Shown here piece after piece: positions 1 through 9,690 of a DNA stretch of 47,553 nucleotides. Source of the DNA: a virus (taxonomy: Duplodnaviria; Heunggongvirae; Uroviricota; Caudoviricetes). The stretch is taken from IMG/VR virus record IMGVR_UViG_2734482568_000006; one strand, 5' to 3'. Made by a program: the position numbers and the translations under genes. The notes under the pieces are model-generated. The model made no database searches, was not told the DNA's origin, and saw nothing but the letters and a program-made list of their open reading frames with translations. The number at the start of each line of letters is the position of its first letter. Position 1 is the stretch's first letter.

Positions 1-476
1 GGTTATCGCTCGCCACGGGAATATCTGCGGCAGCGGGCTTGTAATGGGTTAAGTGATAACAGATGTCTGGAAATATAGGGGCAAATCCAATATTCGCAAA
101 AACTGGTCGCAGAAAAGTCCTGTTTTCAGCTTGGAAACCCGGTAATCAGAATAATGGATAGGGGAACAAAAATCTCTGTATAGAACGCTCCATTGAGGGA
201 GAGAAAACGTGTCATTTTGACCCGTTCGGTATTCAGAACACACAAAACCGATCGCGGGTCGCTTTCGTGCATAGTTATGCAACGCGCTAAAAACGATTCT
301 GACGCATTTTTTATGTTTACCCTGTTTTTTCTTGTCTTTTTGAGTTTTTTGCGTCAGAGAGCGTCTGAGAGGGCACGTACAACGGGAGTTATGGTAAATG
401 GATCGGGTTTTCGGGAAGGTTCGACAGGATTTGCCGTTGGGTGTAGTGTAAGCGACTGAAAAACAAACGCCCCTGA

Positions 477-1175
477 AATCATGTCCAGATCCGGCAGAAC
501 CAGCCTCATGCGCAGTTCTGGCTGGTTTTTGACGTTGATCGCGAGGGGGCAGCGATTGACTGGAGCGACCGGAACGCTCCCGCGCCGAACATCACCGTAA
601 AAAATCCTGTGAACGGTCATGCTCACCTGCTCTACGCGCTCAATATCGCCGTGAGAACCGCGCCGGACAGCTCGGTTAAGGCGCTGAAATACGCCGCTGC
701 GATTGAACGTTCGCTGTGTGAGAAACTTTGTGCTGATGTGAACTACAGCGGACTGATTTGTAAAAATCCGTTCCACCTGGAATGGCAGGTGATGGAGTGG
801 CGAGAGGAAGCCTATACCCTCGATGAACTGGCTGATTATCTCGATTTGAGCGCCTCAGCGCGCCGTAGCATCGATAAACATTACGGGATGGGGCGAAACT
901 GCCACCTGTTCGAAATGACGCGCAAATGGGCTTACAGGGCGATTCGTCAGGGCTGGCCCGAATTCTCACAGTGGCTTGATGCCGTGATTCAGCGTGTCGA
1001 AATGTACAACTCATCGCTTCCCGTTCCGCTTTCACCGCCTGAATGTCGGGCTATTGGCAAGAGCATTGCGAAATACACGCACAGGAACTTCACGCCGGAA
1101 ACTTTCGCACAGTATGTGGCTGATACGCACACATTAACGTACGTTTTCGTTCCATTGGCCCTCCCCCCCCGATAA
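477..1175 (+). pseudogene. Replication-initiator-like gene fragment (plasmid Replicase / PriCT-1-like C-terminal part), 5-prime disrupted
   Basis: Translation contains FDVDREGAAIDW, NGHAHLLY and GRNCHLFEMTRKWAYRAI motifs typical of plasmid/phage replicase-primase proteins. The frame is closed by a stop at 474-476 and all three frames have stops between 449 and 476; the first canonical start in frame is GTG at 609, downstream of the FDVD motif. Confidence 0.4.
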
Positions 1176-1413
1176 CGACCCAGGTAGCGCGCCGTATTCC
1201 CCCCGCCGGCCGTTTTCTTCGACATGTACATCAGGCGCGGAACTCATCGGGGCGCGGGAATGAAATCCCATTCAGACTCCGGATAGATTCAAGCAAGCCC
1301 ACTTATCGTCAAAATCGGTGTTGCAAAAACGGGAGTGACCATAGATCCGTTTTCCAAGCGGACCCCATAATATCGGCTGGTAAACATCACTCGCTAGTGC
1401 ATTCTTTTTGTTG

Positions 1414-1432
1414 GTAATGATAATCATTTACA
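1414..1432. promoter_or_regulatory. Fur-box-like operator upstream of the ChaN-like gene
   Basis: Sequence gtaatgataatcatttaca closely matches the Fur consensus GATAATGATAATCATTATC and lies about 75 bp upstream of the start at 1508. Confidence 0.5.
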
Positions 1433-1507
1433 TTCATTCTTTGATGTTTTATCATAATTAATGTTTTGTCAATAAATATATGGAAACATATTGTTTCAGA
1501 TGGGAAT

Positions 1508-2383
1508 ATGAGAAAGTTCATCCTTATTTCTATGATAACGTTAGCTAGTGTTAGTCTGGGAGCCTGCAGACAGAATGTCACCATAAAGCAGGATGCGCCA
1601 GGGCAGAAAGCTTTCCTGACTGACGGGCAGATTTACGATTTGCACAGTGGCAAAATTATTTCTAGCAGCGAGCTTTTGGCGGATCTTGCTACCGCTCGAC
1701 ATCTTATTATTGGTGAAAAACACGATAATGCCGAGCATCATCAGATTGAGCTTTGGCTTATTCAAAATTTGCTCATCCAGCGACCACAGGGGAGTGTGTT
1801 GCTTGAGATGTTGACGTCAGAGCAACAGCCCCGAGTTAACCAAGTTAAATGTTGGCTGAAAGATAATCCTGTGGTTCGAGATAGCCGTGTTCAGGAACTA
1901 CTTAACTGGCAAAAAGGGTGGTCCTGGGAGATGTATGGCGACATCGTCATGCAGCTATTACGTGGGCCTTACCCGCTGCTCAATGCCAACATTGGCCGGG
2001 AGCAGATGTTGGCACTGTACAAAAAAAACGAATTTCCTAAAGGAAAAAAATCCACTGCACCTGTGGTACAAGAAGCTCTGCGTGAAACCATCATATCTAT
2101 GCATGAAGGCAACCTTGAAAGCCAGCAACTGACGTCAATGCTCTCTATTCAGCAGCAGCGGGATCGCTACATGGCCCGCCAGCTTCTGAGTGCCCCGGTA
2201 CCGTCGTTGTTGATTGCAGGTGGTTATCACGCGTCAAAAAGCATGGGCGTACCGTTACACATGGAAGATCTTGCCACCGGCACCCATCCAGTGGTGTTGA
2301 TGCTTGCAGAAAAAGGAATGAACATCACAGTAGATCATGCTGACTACGTGTGGTTTGTAGCGCCAGATACAACAAAAAGGTAA
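1508..2383 (+). CDS. ChaN-like (haem-binding uptake, Tiki/ChaN family) lipoprotein
   Basis: Internal start MRKFILISMITLASVSLGAC gives a lipoprotein signal with lipobox; GEKHDNAEHH motif is typical of the ChaN/Cofac_haem_bdg family. Start chosen inside the 1466..2383 ORF. Confidence 0.6.
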   Translation: MRKFILISMITLASVSLGACRQNVTIKQDAPGQKAFLTDGQIYDLHSGKIISSSELLADLATARHLIIGEKHDNAEHHQIELWLIQNLLIQRPQGSVLLEMLTSEQQPRVNQVKCWLKDNPVVRDSRVQELLNWQKGWSWEMYGDIVMQLLRGPYPLLNANIGREQMLALYKKNEFPKGKKSTAPVVQEALRETIISMHEGNLESQQLTSMLSIQQQRDRYMARQLLSAPVPSLLIAGGYHASKSMGVPLHMEDLATGTHPVVLMLAEKGMNITVDHADYVWFVAPDTTKR

Positions 2384-2390
2384 ACCATGG

Positions 2391-3167
2391 ATGATGAATA
2401 TTCTCCACTTCTCACAGTCGGTAAAATGGAGCAGCTGGTTTATCTGTTCTCTACTGCTTCATGGACTGATTTTCCTTGCGTTTATCTGGCGTTTTTCCGA
2501 AGTTCAGCCCGCTATGTCTCCTGCACCGGCGATCATGCTGCAATGGGCAGAAATTATAGAGGCTCCTTCTTCTCCACTTTCGCTTCCGGTGGGAATCGCT
2601 CAACAGGAGTCCGCAGTGACAGAAGAAAAGCAACAAACTGAGGACAGACAACAACGTCCTGTCACTGAAGACAGTGATGCAACCATTGAAATAACTAGGA
2701 AGAAAAAGTCATCCGATGGAGAAAAGAAAAAGACACGTCCACCTCGTAAGATAAAGGCTCAAACCAGCGACAGCAACCCCACAGCCGTTTCCAGTAATGC
2801 TGCACCTCAGGCTCTGGTCGAATCGTCCCGTATTGCTGCGCCTTTTAACAGTGACTCAACAAAGCGAGATAATTCTGAGGCATCTTGGGAAAGCAGAGTA
2901 AAAGGCCACCTAAACCGTTATAAACGTTACCCTGGCGATGCCAGAAAACGTGCACGAACCGGCACAGCCGTCGTGACTTTTACCGTAAACACGGAAGGCA
3001 CTATTGTCAGTAGTTTCTTGGAAATCTCTTCAGGAACCCTTTCTCTTGACCGCGAAGCTATTGCTGTTTTAGAACGCGCTCAACCACTTCCCAAACCACC
3101 GCCTGAAATATTGGAGGGAGGATTATTTAAAGTAAAAATGCCGATTACCTTTAAGTTGAAGGAGTAA
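2391..3167 (+). CDS. TonB-family energy transducer (paralog)
   Basis: N-terminal TM segment with Ser/His (SLLLHG), charged Lys/Pro-rich linker, and a C-terminal TonB_C-like domain (GTAVVTFTVNTEGTIVS ... LPKPPPE). Confidence 0.7.
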   Translation: MMNILHFSQSVKWSSWFICSLLLHGLIFLAFIWRFSEVQPAMSPAPAIMLQWAEIIEAPSSPLSLPVGIAQQESAVTEEKQQTEDRQQRPVTEDSDATIEITRKKKSSDGEKKKTRPPRKIKAQTSDSNPTAVSSNAAPQALVESSRIAAPFNSDSTKRDNSEASWESRVKGHLNRYKRYPGDARKRARTGTAVVTFTVNTEGTIVSSFLEISSGTLSLDREAIAVLERAQPLPKPPPEILEGGLFKVKMPITFKLKE

Positions 3168-3335
3168 AGGGATAATTGGCCGTTCAAGTTCATTTAACTG
3201 AAATTTAATTTTCATTTTTATGCTGAACATTTTATCAAACTTTTCCACTGTCGAAAAAATCAAAAAGACAGTAGAACATAATTAATAAACAAATAGTTAT
3301 ACTTATCTTTATTAATATTATACCCAAGGAAATTT

Positions 3336-5597
3336 ATGAACGTTATAAAACTGGCTATCGGCTCAGGCATATTATTGCTCAGCTGCGGTGCTTACTCACA
3401 ATCCATCAGTGAAAAAACTAATTCCGACAAAAAAGGAGCGGCAGAATTCAGTCCGCTCAGCGTTTCTGTCGGGAAGACGACCAGTGAGCAGGAAGCTCTC
3501 GAGAAAACAGGCGCGACCAGTTCCCGGACAACGGACAAAAACCTGCAATCACTTGACGCAACAGTGCGTAGTATGCCTGGTACTTATACTCAAATAGATC
3601 CTGGTCAGGGAGCAATCAGTGTGAATATTCGAGGCATGAGCGGATTTGGTCGTGTAAACACTATGGTCGATGGTATTACCCAGAGTTTTTACGGAACCTC
3701 TACCTCCGGAACAACGACGCATGGTTCAACTAACAATATGGCTGGCGTACTTATAGATCCTAACTTACTGGTAGCAGTTGATGTTACACGCGGTGACAGC
3801 AGTGGCTCTGAAGGGATCAACGCCCTTGCCGGTAGTGCAAATATGCGTACTATTGGCGTTGACGATGTAATATTTAACGGTAATACATATGGCCTTCGTT
3901 CACGTTTCTCTGTCGGTAGTAATGGGCTGGGACGCAGCGGAATGATCGCCCTTGGTGGAAAAAGCGACGCTTTTACGGATACGGGAAGCATTGGCGTTAT
4001 GGCTGCTGTGAGCGGCAGTTCTGTGTACTCTAATTTCTCAAATGGTTCTGGAATTAACAGCAAAGAGTTTGGTTATGATAAATATATGAAGCAGAACCCC
4101 AAATCCCAACTGTATAAAATGGATATCAGACCAGACGAATTTAACAGCTTCGAACTTTCCGCTCGAACCTATGAAAATAAATTTACACGTCGTGATATAA
4201 CCAGTGACGACTATTACATTAAATATCATTACACCCCTTTTTCTGAATTAATTGACTTTAACGTAACGGCCAGTACCAGTCGCGGTAATCAAAAGTATCG
4301 TGATGGCTCGCTGTATACTTTCTACAAAACCTCAGCGCAAAATCGTTCTGACGCGCTGGATATCAACAATACCAGCCGGTTCACTGTCGCGGACAATGAC
4401 CTGGAGTTTATGCTGGGCAGCAAACTGATGCGTACCCGCTATGACCGGACCATTCACTCAGCGGCGGGCGACCCGAAAGCGAATCAGGAATCGATCGAGA
4501 ACAATCCGTTCGCACCCTCCGGCCAGCAGGATATTTCAGCGCTGTATACCGGGCTGAAGGTTACGCGCGGCATCTGGGAGGCAGATTTCAATCTCAACTA
4601 CACACGTAACAGGATCACAGGGTACAAGCCCGCCTGCGATTCACGCGTTATCTGCGTGCCACAGGGTAGCTACGATATTGACGATAAAGAGGGTGGCTTC
4701 AACCCTTCAGTTCAGCTTTCTGCTCAGGTAACACCATGGCTTCAGCCGTTCATTGGCTACAGCAAATCCATGCGCGCCCCGAACATCCAGGAGATGTTCT
4801 TCTCTAATTCAGGAGGCGCATCCATGAACCCATTCCTGAAGCCTGAACGTGCAGAAACCTGGCAGGCGGGTTTTAACATTGATACCAGAGATTTACTGGT
4901 CGAACAGGATGCCCTGCGCTTTAAGGCTCTGGCGTACCGCAGCAGGATCCAGAACTACATCTACAGCGAGTCTTATCTGGTTTGTTCTGGAGGTCGTAAA
5001 TGCAGTATGCCTGAGGTGATTGGCAATGACTGGGAGGGCATTAGCGATGAATACAGCGACAATATGTACATCTACGTTAACTCGGCAAGCGACGTTATCG
5101 CAAAGGGCTTCGAACTGGAGATGGATTATGATGCAGGTTTTGCTTTTGGCCGACTCTCTTTCAGCCAGCAGCAAACAGACCAGCCAACCTCCATCGCCAG
5201 CACCTACTTTGGCGCAGGGGATATGACCGAACTGCCCAGAAAATACATGACGCTGGATACTGGTGTTCGCTTCTTCGATAACGCGTTGACCCTGGGCACT
5301 ATCATAAAATACACAGGCAAGGCTCGTCGCCTGTCGCCTGATTTTGAGCAGGACGAACATACCGGCGCAATAATCAAACAGGATTTGCCGCAGATCCCAA
5401 CGATTATCGATCTCTATGGTACTTACGAGTACAACCGCAACCTAACACTGAAACTTTCGGTACAAAACCTGATGAACAGAGATTATTCGGAGGCGCTGAA
5501 TAAGCTCAACATGATGCCAGGTCTTGGTGACGAGACCCACCCAGCCAATTCCGCGCGTGGCAGAACATGGATATTTGGCGGGGACATTCGTTTCTGA
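3336..5597 (+). CDS. TonB-dependent outer-membrane receptor
   Basis: 753 aa with signal peptide, plug-like N-terminal region, long beta-barrel-like body and terminal aromatic residue (..GGDIRF); adjacent to the TonB paralog and ChaN-like gene. Confidence 0.85.
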   Translation: MNVIKLAIGSGILLLSCGAYSQSISEKTNSDKKGAAEFSPLSVSVGKTTSEQEALEKTGATSSRTTDKNLQSLDATVRSMPGTYTQIDPGQGAISVNIRGMSGFGRVNTMVDGITQSFYGTSTSGTTTHGSTNNMAGVLIDPNLLVAVDVTRGDSSGSEGINALAGSANMRTIGVDDVIFNGNTYGLRSRFSVGSNGLGRSGMIALGGKSDAFTDTGSIGVMAAVSGSSVYSNFSNGSGINSKEFGYDKYMKQNPKSQLYKMDIRPDEFNSFELSARTYENKFTRRDITSDDYYIKYHYTPFSELIDFNVTASTSRGNQKYRDGSLYTFYKTSAQNRSDALDINNTSRFTVADNDLEFMLGSKLMRTRYDRTIHSAAGDPKANQESIENNPFAPSGQQDISALYTGLKVTRGIWEADFNLNYTRNRITGYKPACDSRVICVPQGSYDIDDKEGGFNPSVQLSAQVTPWLQPFIGYSKSMRAPNIQEMFFSNSGGASMNPFLKPERAETWQAGFNIDTRDLLVEQDALRFKALAYRSRIQNYIYSESYLVCSGGRKCSMPEVIGNDWEGISDEYSDNMYIYVNSASDVIAKGFELEMDYDAGFAFGRLSFSQQQTDQPTSIASTYFGAGDMTELPRKYMTLDTGVRFFDNALTLGTIIKYTGKARRLSPDFEQDEHTGAIIKQDLPQIPTIIDLYGTYEYNRNLTLKLSVQNLMNRDYSEALNKLNMMPGLGDETHPANSARGRTWIFGGDIRF

Positions 5598-5665
5598 TGA
5601 CAATTTCCGCTAGGTTCAGACAATACGTTTTCTCTCTTATGTCAATTTTATTGCAGGAACGAAAA

Positions 5666-6841
5666 ATGAATATTTTCACTTTATCCAAAGCACCGCTATA
5701 CCTGTTAATTTCACTATTTTTACCCACGATGGCCATGGCTATCGATCCACCTGAACGCGAACTTTCGCGATTTGCCCTGAAAACGAATTACCTTCAGTCC
5801 CCTGATGAAGGCGTCTATGAACTGGCGTTTGATAATGCCAGTAAAAAGGTGTTTGCAGCAGTCACCGATCGTGTAAATCGTGAAGCCAATAAAGGCTATC
5901 TGTATTCGTTTAATTCAGATTCGCTGAAAGTCGAAAATAAATACACGATGCCATACCGGGCATTTTCGCTGGCGATAAATCAGGATAAACATCAGCTCTA
6001 TATCGGACACACCCAGTCAGCGTCCCTGCGTATCAGTATGTTTGACACCCCAACCGGCAAACTGGTAAGAACCAGCGACAGGTTAAGTTTTAAAGCGGCA
6101 AACGCTGCAGATTCGCGTTTTGAGCATTTTCGCCATATGGTTTACAGCCAGGATTCCGATACCCTGTTTGTGAGTTATAGCAATATGCTGAAAACGGCCG
6201 AGGGCATGAAGCCTCTGCATAAGCTGTTAATGCTCGACGGGACGACGCTTGCCTTAAAAGGCGAGGTTAAGGATGCTTACAAAGGTACAGCGTATGGTCT
6301 GACGATGGATGAAAAAACACAGAAAATCTACGTTGGCGGAAGAGATTACATCAACGAAATTGATGCGAAAAATCAGACGCTGCTGCGTACCATCCCGTTG
6401 AAAGATCCGAGACCACAAATCACAAGTGTGCAGAATCTGGCGGTGGACTCCGCTTCTGACCGTGCCTTTGTGGTGGTATTCGACCATGACGATCGTTCCG
6501 GTACAAAAGATGGACTCTATATTTTTGACTTACGCGACGGTAAACAGCTTGGCTATGTGCACACAGGAGCCGGAGCTAACGCGGTGAAATACAATCCGAA
6601 ATATAACGAACTGTATGTCACCAACTTCACTAGCGGCACCATCAGCGTAGTGGATGCCACCAAATACAGCATCACCCGTGAATTTAACATGCCGGTCTAC
6701 CCAAACCAGATGGTGTTGTCGGACGATATGGATACCCTTTACATTGGCATCAAAGAAGGCTTTAACCGCGATTGGGATCCTGATGTGTTTGTGGAAGGAG
6801 CTAAAGAACGTATTCTGAGCATTGATTTGAAAAAGTCGTGA
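5666..6841 (+). CDS. YVTN-family beta-propeller protein (YncE-like), secreted
   Basis: Internal start MNIFTLSKAPLYLLISLFLPTMAMA gives a signal peptide; repeats such as LYVTNFTSGTISVVDA match the YVTN beta-propeller repeat. YncE-like proteins are commonly encoded next to TonB-dependent receptors. Confidence 0.6.
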   Translation: MNIFTLSKAPLYLLISLFLPTMAMAIDPPERELSRFALKTNYLQSPDEGVYELAFDNASKKVFAAVTDRVNREANKGYLYSFNSDSLKVENKYTMPYRAFSLAINQDKHQLYIGHTQSASLRISMFDTPTGKLVRTSDRLSFKAANAADSRFEHFRHMVYSQDSDTLFVSYSNMLKTAEGMKPLHKLLMLDGTTLALKGEVKDAYKGTAYGLTMDEKTQKIYVGGRDYINEIDAKNQTLLRTIPLKDPRPQITSVQNLAVDSASDRAFVVVFDHDDRSGTKDGLYIFDLRDGKQLGYVHTGAGANAVKYNPKYNELYVTNFTSGTISVVDATKYSITREFNMPVYPNQMVLSDDMDTLYIGIKEGFNRDWDPDVFVEGAKERILSIDLKKS

Positions 6842-7115
6842 TCGGGGGGAAAAAACATGGGATAAAAACTCCGTTATTCCACTAAACTGGCCGGACTAGG
6901 AAAAGCAAACATCTCTGTCCTGCCGGTACGCCTGTTACGCCGCTCCATGAGGCTGAGGAATCTCCAGAAAACGAGACAGGCACAGCATTGTACGATCAAC
7001 TGATTTGTGCCAATAATTAAATGAAATCACAGCTATGCCTGTTCATGGGGTTCTAGGCCGGAACCCCAGATTTTTCCGATTGTTTGTTTTCTAACTGATT
7101 ATTCAGTAGTTTTAG

Positions 7116-7152
7116 AGGGCTGACGCTCAGTGGAACGAAAACTCACGTTAAG
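7116..7152 (+). repeat. Tn3-type terminal inverted repeat copy (solo)
   Basis: agggctgacgctcagtggaacgaaaactcacgttaag matches the 38-bp Tn3 IR (GGGGTCTGACGCTCAGTGGAACGAAAACTCACGTTAAG) except at the outer few bases. Confidence 0.7.
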
Positions 7153-7181
7153 AGGTTTTGACTATGATAAAAGTCAAAGTA

Positions 7182-7219
7182 GGGGTGAGTTTGGATATGG
7201 AAATTATTGTACTATAAGG
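7182..7219 (+). repeat. Degenerate Tn3-family IR copy
   Basis: ggggtgagtttggatatggaaattattgtactataagg is about 34/38 identical to the IR at 7334-7372 and in the same orientation. Confidence 0.55.
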
Positions 7220-7333
7220 AGAGCATGAAAACCCCTGGGGCAGTCACTGAATGAGGGACCAGCAGCGGTAAAATAACCAGCATAATTTCTGCATGGTCGA
7301 TTTTTATACCGTGACAGGCTGTTTTTTATACTT

Positions 7334-7372
7334 GGGGTCAGTTTGGATATCGAAAATTATTGTACGTTAAGG
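7334..7372 (+). repeat. Tn3-family terminal inverted repeat abutting the tnpA 3-prime end
   Basis: ggggtcagtttggatatcgaaaattattgtacgttaagg has the GGGG...ACGTTAAG ends typical of Tn3-family IRs; the tnpA fragment stop lies within it, as in Tn3. Confidence 0.7.
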
Positions 7373-7828
7373 TTGTTTTTTGACCTTGTCGATCTTAACT
7401 GATCTCAAACGACGAAACTTACCTGAAGTCGGTATCCGGCTGTTTTTCCAGATATAATCGCCTGTCAGATTGATATGTTCCCAACCTAATGGTGATAAAT
7501 GCGATAATAGTTGAGCATTTATTTTCATGCCCTTACGCTTCAGAGCATCAACCGCTCTTTCCATGTAAACTGTGTTCCATAAGGAAATAGCCGCCGTCAA
7601 TAAAGTCAATCCACTGGCGCGATAACTTTGATTTTCCGGTTTCCGATCTCTAATCTCCCCCAATCGATGCATGAATACAGCACGGGCCAGAGCATTACGG
7701 GCTTCTCCTTTGTTCAGCCCGGCCTGGACACGTCGCCGCAATGCCGGATCCCGAAACCAGTCCAGCATAAACAGTGTTCGTTCTATACGGCCAATCTCTC
7801 TCAGAGCTTTAGCCAACCCATTTTGTTT
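7367..7828 (-). pseudogene. tnpA: Tn3-family transposase, C-terminal fragment (5-prime part removed by the IS66 insertion)
   Basis: Translation [30 protein letters not shown]...[18 protein letters not shown] matches the conserved C-terminus of Tn3-family TnpA; the ORF runs into the IS66 end at 7829. Confidence 0.8.
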
Positions 7829-8330
7829 GTAAGCGTGCAGCAAGAACCGTATTGACGGGAATGTGTTATTCAGTCGGCAGTGCTACGCGCCAGGGGAGCA
7901 GTTCGCCGACCCGGTTTATCGGCCAGTCGGCTATGACGTCAAGGACATAGCGGAGGTAGCTTTCTGGCTCCACTCCGTTCAGTTTGCACGTCCCGATCAG
8001 GCTGTACAGCAGCGCTCCCCGCTCTCCTCCATGATCCGAACCGAAGAACAGGTAGTTTTTGCGGCCCAGACTGACCATCCGCAACGCATTTTCAGCGATG
8101 TTATTGTCCGCCTCAGCCCAGCCATCATCTGCATAGTACGTCAGCGCCGGCCACTGGTTCAGGGCATATGCGAACGCTTTCGCCAGTTCTGAGTGTCGCG
8201 ACAGGGTTTTCATCTTTTCACGCAGCCAGCTTTCCAGGGATTTCAGCAGCGGTTTCGTTTTCAACTGACGTTCGGCAAGGCGCTGTTTCAGCAGGAAGAT
8301 GTCGTCAGAAGAGATGTCGTTCATAAGCCC
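7829..8330 (-). mobile_element. IS66-family element, distal fragment (terminal IR plus 3-prime part of tnpC)
   Basis: Terminus begins GTAAGCG (7829-7835), recalled as the IS66-family end motif, followed inward by the tnpC 3-prime end. The partner part (tnpA, tnpB) is at 47035-47553 on the far side of the prophage. Confidence 0.7.
7866..8324 (-). pseudogene. tnpC: IS66-family transposase TnpC, C-terminal fragment (about 150 aa of about 520)
   Basis: DDGWAEADNNIAENALRMVSLGRKNYLFFGSDHGGERGALLYSLIGTCKLNGVEPESYLRYVLDVIADWPINRVGELLPW matches the conserved IS66 TnpC C-terminus; the upstream frame is closed by a stop at about 8380. Confidence 0.8.
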
Positions 8331-8431
8331 GTATTTTACCGGGCTTATTCTGTGACAACCAGGATAAAGAGATTTACAGCATGGTCAGGGAGGTCAGCAG
8401 CCGCTTAGGCTGTCTATAGCGCGGCGATTTT

Positions 8432-8497
8432 TTTGATACCGATTTGCATTTCATTTGATACCGCTGAAAAACGCCGATACGCAACTTATTTGATACT
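8432..8497 (+). repeat. Prophage end (Mu attR-equivalent) with three closely spaced TTTGATAC(C/T) repeats
   Basis: tttgataccg at 8432-8441 and 8454-8463, tttgatact at 8489-8497; inverted copies occur at the other end (46875-47030). Confidence 0.5.
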
Positions 8498-8542
8498 AAA
8501 TCGGCGCTTTTCTTTTGAGTTTTAGAATGAGTTTTTAAGCGT

Positions 8543-9280
8543 TCATTCACTCTCTTTCAAACCAGTTTTAACTGTTTGTGGTTTTGGGTAAGGCTGGACT
8601 TTGAATAGCTTTGTGTTAAGGCGTTTTCTGGCTCTCTTGTCCAGAAACCGGATGTAACGAAACTGACGGAATTTATGAACACTGGCTCTGTCGATATTAG
8701 CCCGCAGATGTTCACCTCGCTGTCCTCCTCGTTTGATTGCATTCTTGCAAATCTCGTGATACCACTCGCCATCAAGTTCATAGAATGTTGTTTCATGACT
8801 GCCTACATAATCAAAATTGCTTGCCTGGTACACGACACCAAGACAGCCACAACGCTCATCTGCAAACGACTGAACCCACTGCACCTGCGGATAAAGTTGT
8901 CTGATTAGTTTGAGCGCGTAACTGATTGCCCTTGATTCGGAGTTTCTCGGCATACAGTCATGCAGCCATAACCGGTTAAGCTCCATATATTCGCGGTTCT
9001 GCGTGCCAGTTACGACGCGTGCACCATTGTTTGGATTAAGGGCATAACCCCATTGCATTACGCCAACCAGCTCCCGTTCTGAAAATATGCCCAGATGAAG
9101 GTAGGAATTATTTACGAAACGATGGCTGTAATGTTTATTGACGACGACCAGCCGGGCCAGCCAGCAACTTATTGTCTCAACCCGTAACTCACGGGAGCCA
9201 TAACCGACGATATTGTCGTTATAGTGAATAAGTTCAGGCGTGCTGATGATACGGGATGTAACTTGCTTTCTGTTCCCCAC
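8543..9280 (-). CDS. mom: Mom-like DNA modification protein (start uncertain, probably GTG at 9280)
   Basis: Position at the prophage end directly downstream of and overlapping a Com-like zinc-finger gene, as in Mu; size about 245 aa from the first in-frame GTG after the com region. The ORF track gives a longer 310-aa frame from 9475. Confidence 0.55.
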   Translation of the reverse strand: MGNRKQVTSRIISTPELIHYNDNIVGYGSRELRVETISCWLARLVVVNKHYSHRFVNNSYLHLGIFSERELVGVMQWGYALNPNNGARVVTGTQNREYMELNRLWLHDCMPRNSESRAISYALKLIRQLYPQVQWVQSFADERCGCLGVVYQASNFDYVGSHETTFYELDGEWYHEICKNAIKRGGQRGEHLRANIDRASVHKFRQFRYIRFLDKRARKRLNTKLFKVQPYPKPQTVKTGLKESE

Positions 9281-9434
9281 GACAGGATTTCCTTGTGTAT
9301 GTGGGGTGCTCTGTGGCGCTCTGAGATGTGATTTGATTGAGGGTTTTACAGCGCGGACATTTAACTTCCAGATAACTGAAGCTGGCTCGTGCCAGTAGCT
9401 TGTTACAATGTCGGCACCGTATGTTTCGATACAT
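9234..9434 (-). CDS. com: Com-like zinc-finger translational activator of mom
   Basis: [32 protein letters not shown] resembles Mu Com (..IRCKNCNKLLFKA..IEIRCPRCK..). AGGAGG lies 10 nt upstream of the ATG at 9434, and the 3-prime end overlaps the mom frame. Confidence 0.7.
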   Translation of the reverse strand: MYRNIRCRHCNKLLARASFSYLEVKCPRCKTLNQITSQSATEHPTYTRKSCRGEQKASYIPYHQHA

Positions 9435-9570
9435 GGCCGCATAACCTCCTGCTTTGTTGTTGATATCTTTATCACTCAATCGATCGACAAAAACGATCGA
9501 TTTGATTTATTTAATTGATACAACAAATAACACGAAATGTCATTAGCGAAAATTTATGAGTTTGATCACT
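9435..9570 (-). promoter_or_regulatory. Candidate mom-operon promoter region with clustered GATC (Dam) sites
   Basis: GATC at 9482-9485, 9495-9498 (within cgatcgacaaaaacgatcg) and 9564-9567, upstream of com. Mu Pmom is controlled by Dam methylation of upstream GATC sites. Confidence 0.4.
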
Positions 9571-9690
9571 AATTTTAAACGGTGCTGTAACGCATAAGTG
9601 CTGAATGATTGTACATTTGAATACCGCAAAGCAAACAAATCAACTAATTTATAGAAGTCAATTGGTTAATTGCCAGCGTAAGAGGCTGCT

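Noticed and set aside
193-776. ORFs 193-459 (plus) and 354-776 (minus) near the replication-gene remnant
   Set aside because: Low-complexity or implausible translations overlapping the region where the rep-like frame is broken; no support for either as a gene.
8325-8433. Possible additional IS66 tnpC coding sequence between the tnpC fragment and the prophage end
   Set aside because: All minus-strand frames hit stops within about 60 bp and no TnpC-like peptide was recognised; this stretch cannot account for the missing 370 codons.
8543-9475. 310-aa ORF-track frame for the Mom-like gene starting at 9475
   Set aside because: Its first 65 or so codons overlap the Com-like gene in another frame. 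By analogy with Mu, mom should start near the end of com, so the shorter GTG-initiated frame (to 9280) was preferred.
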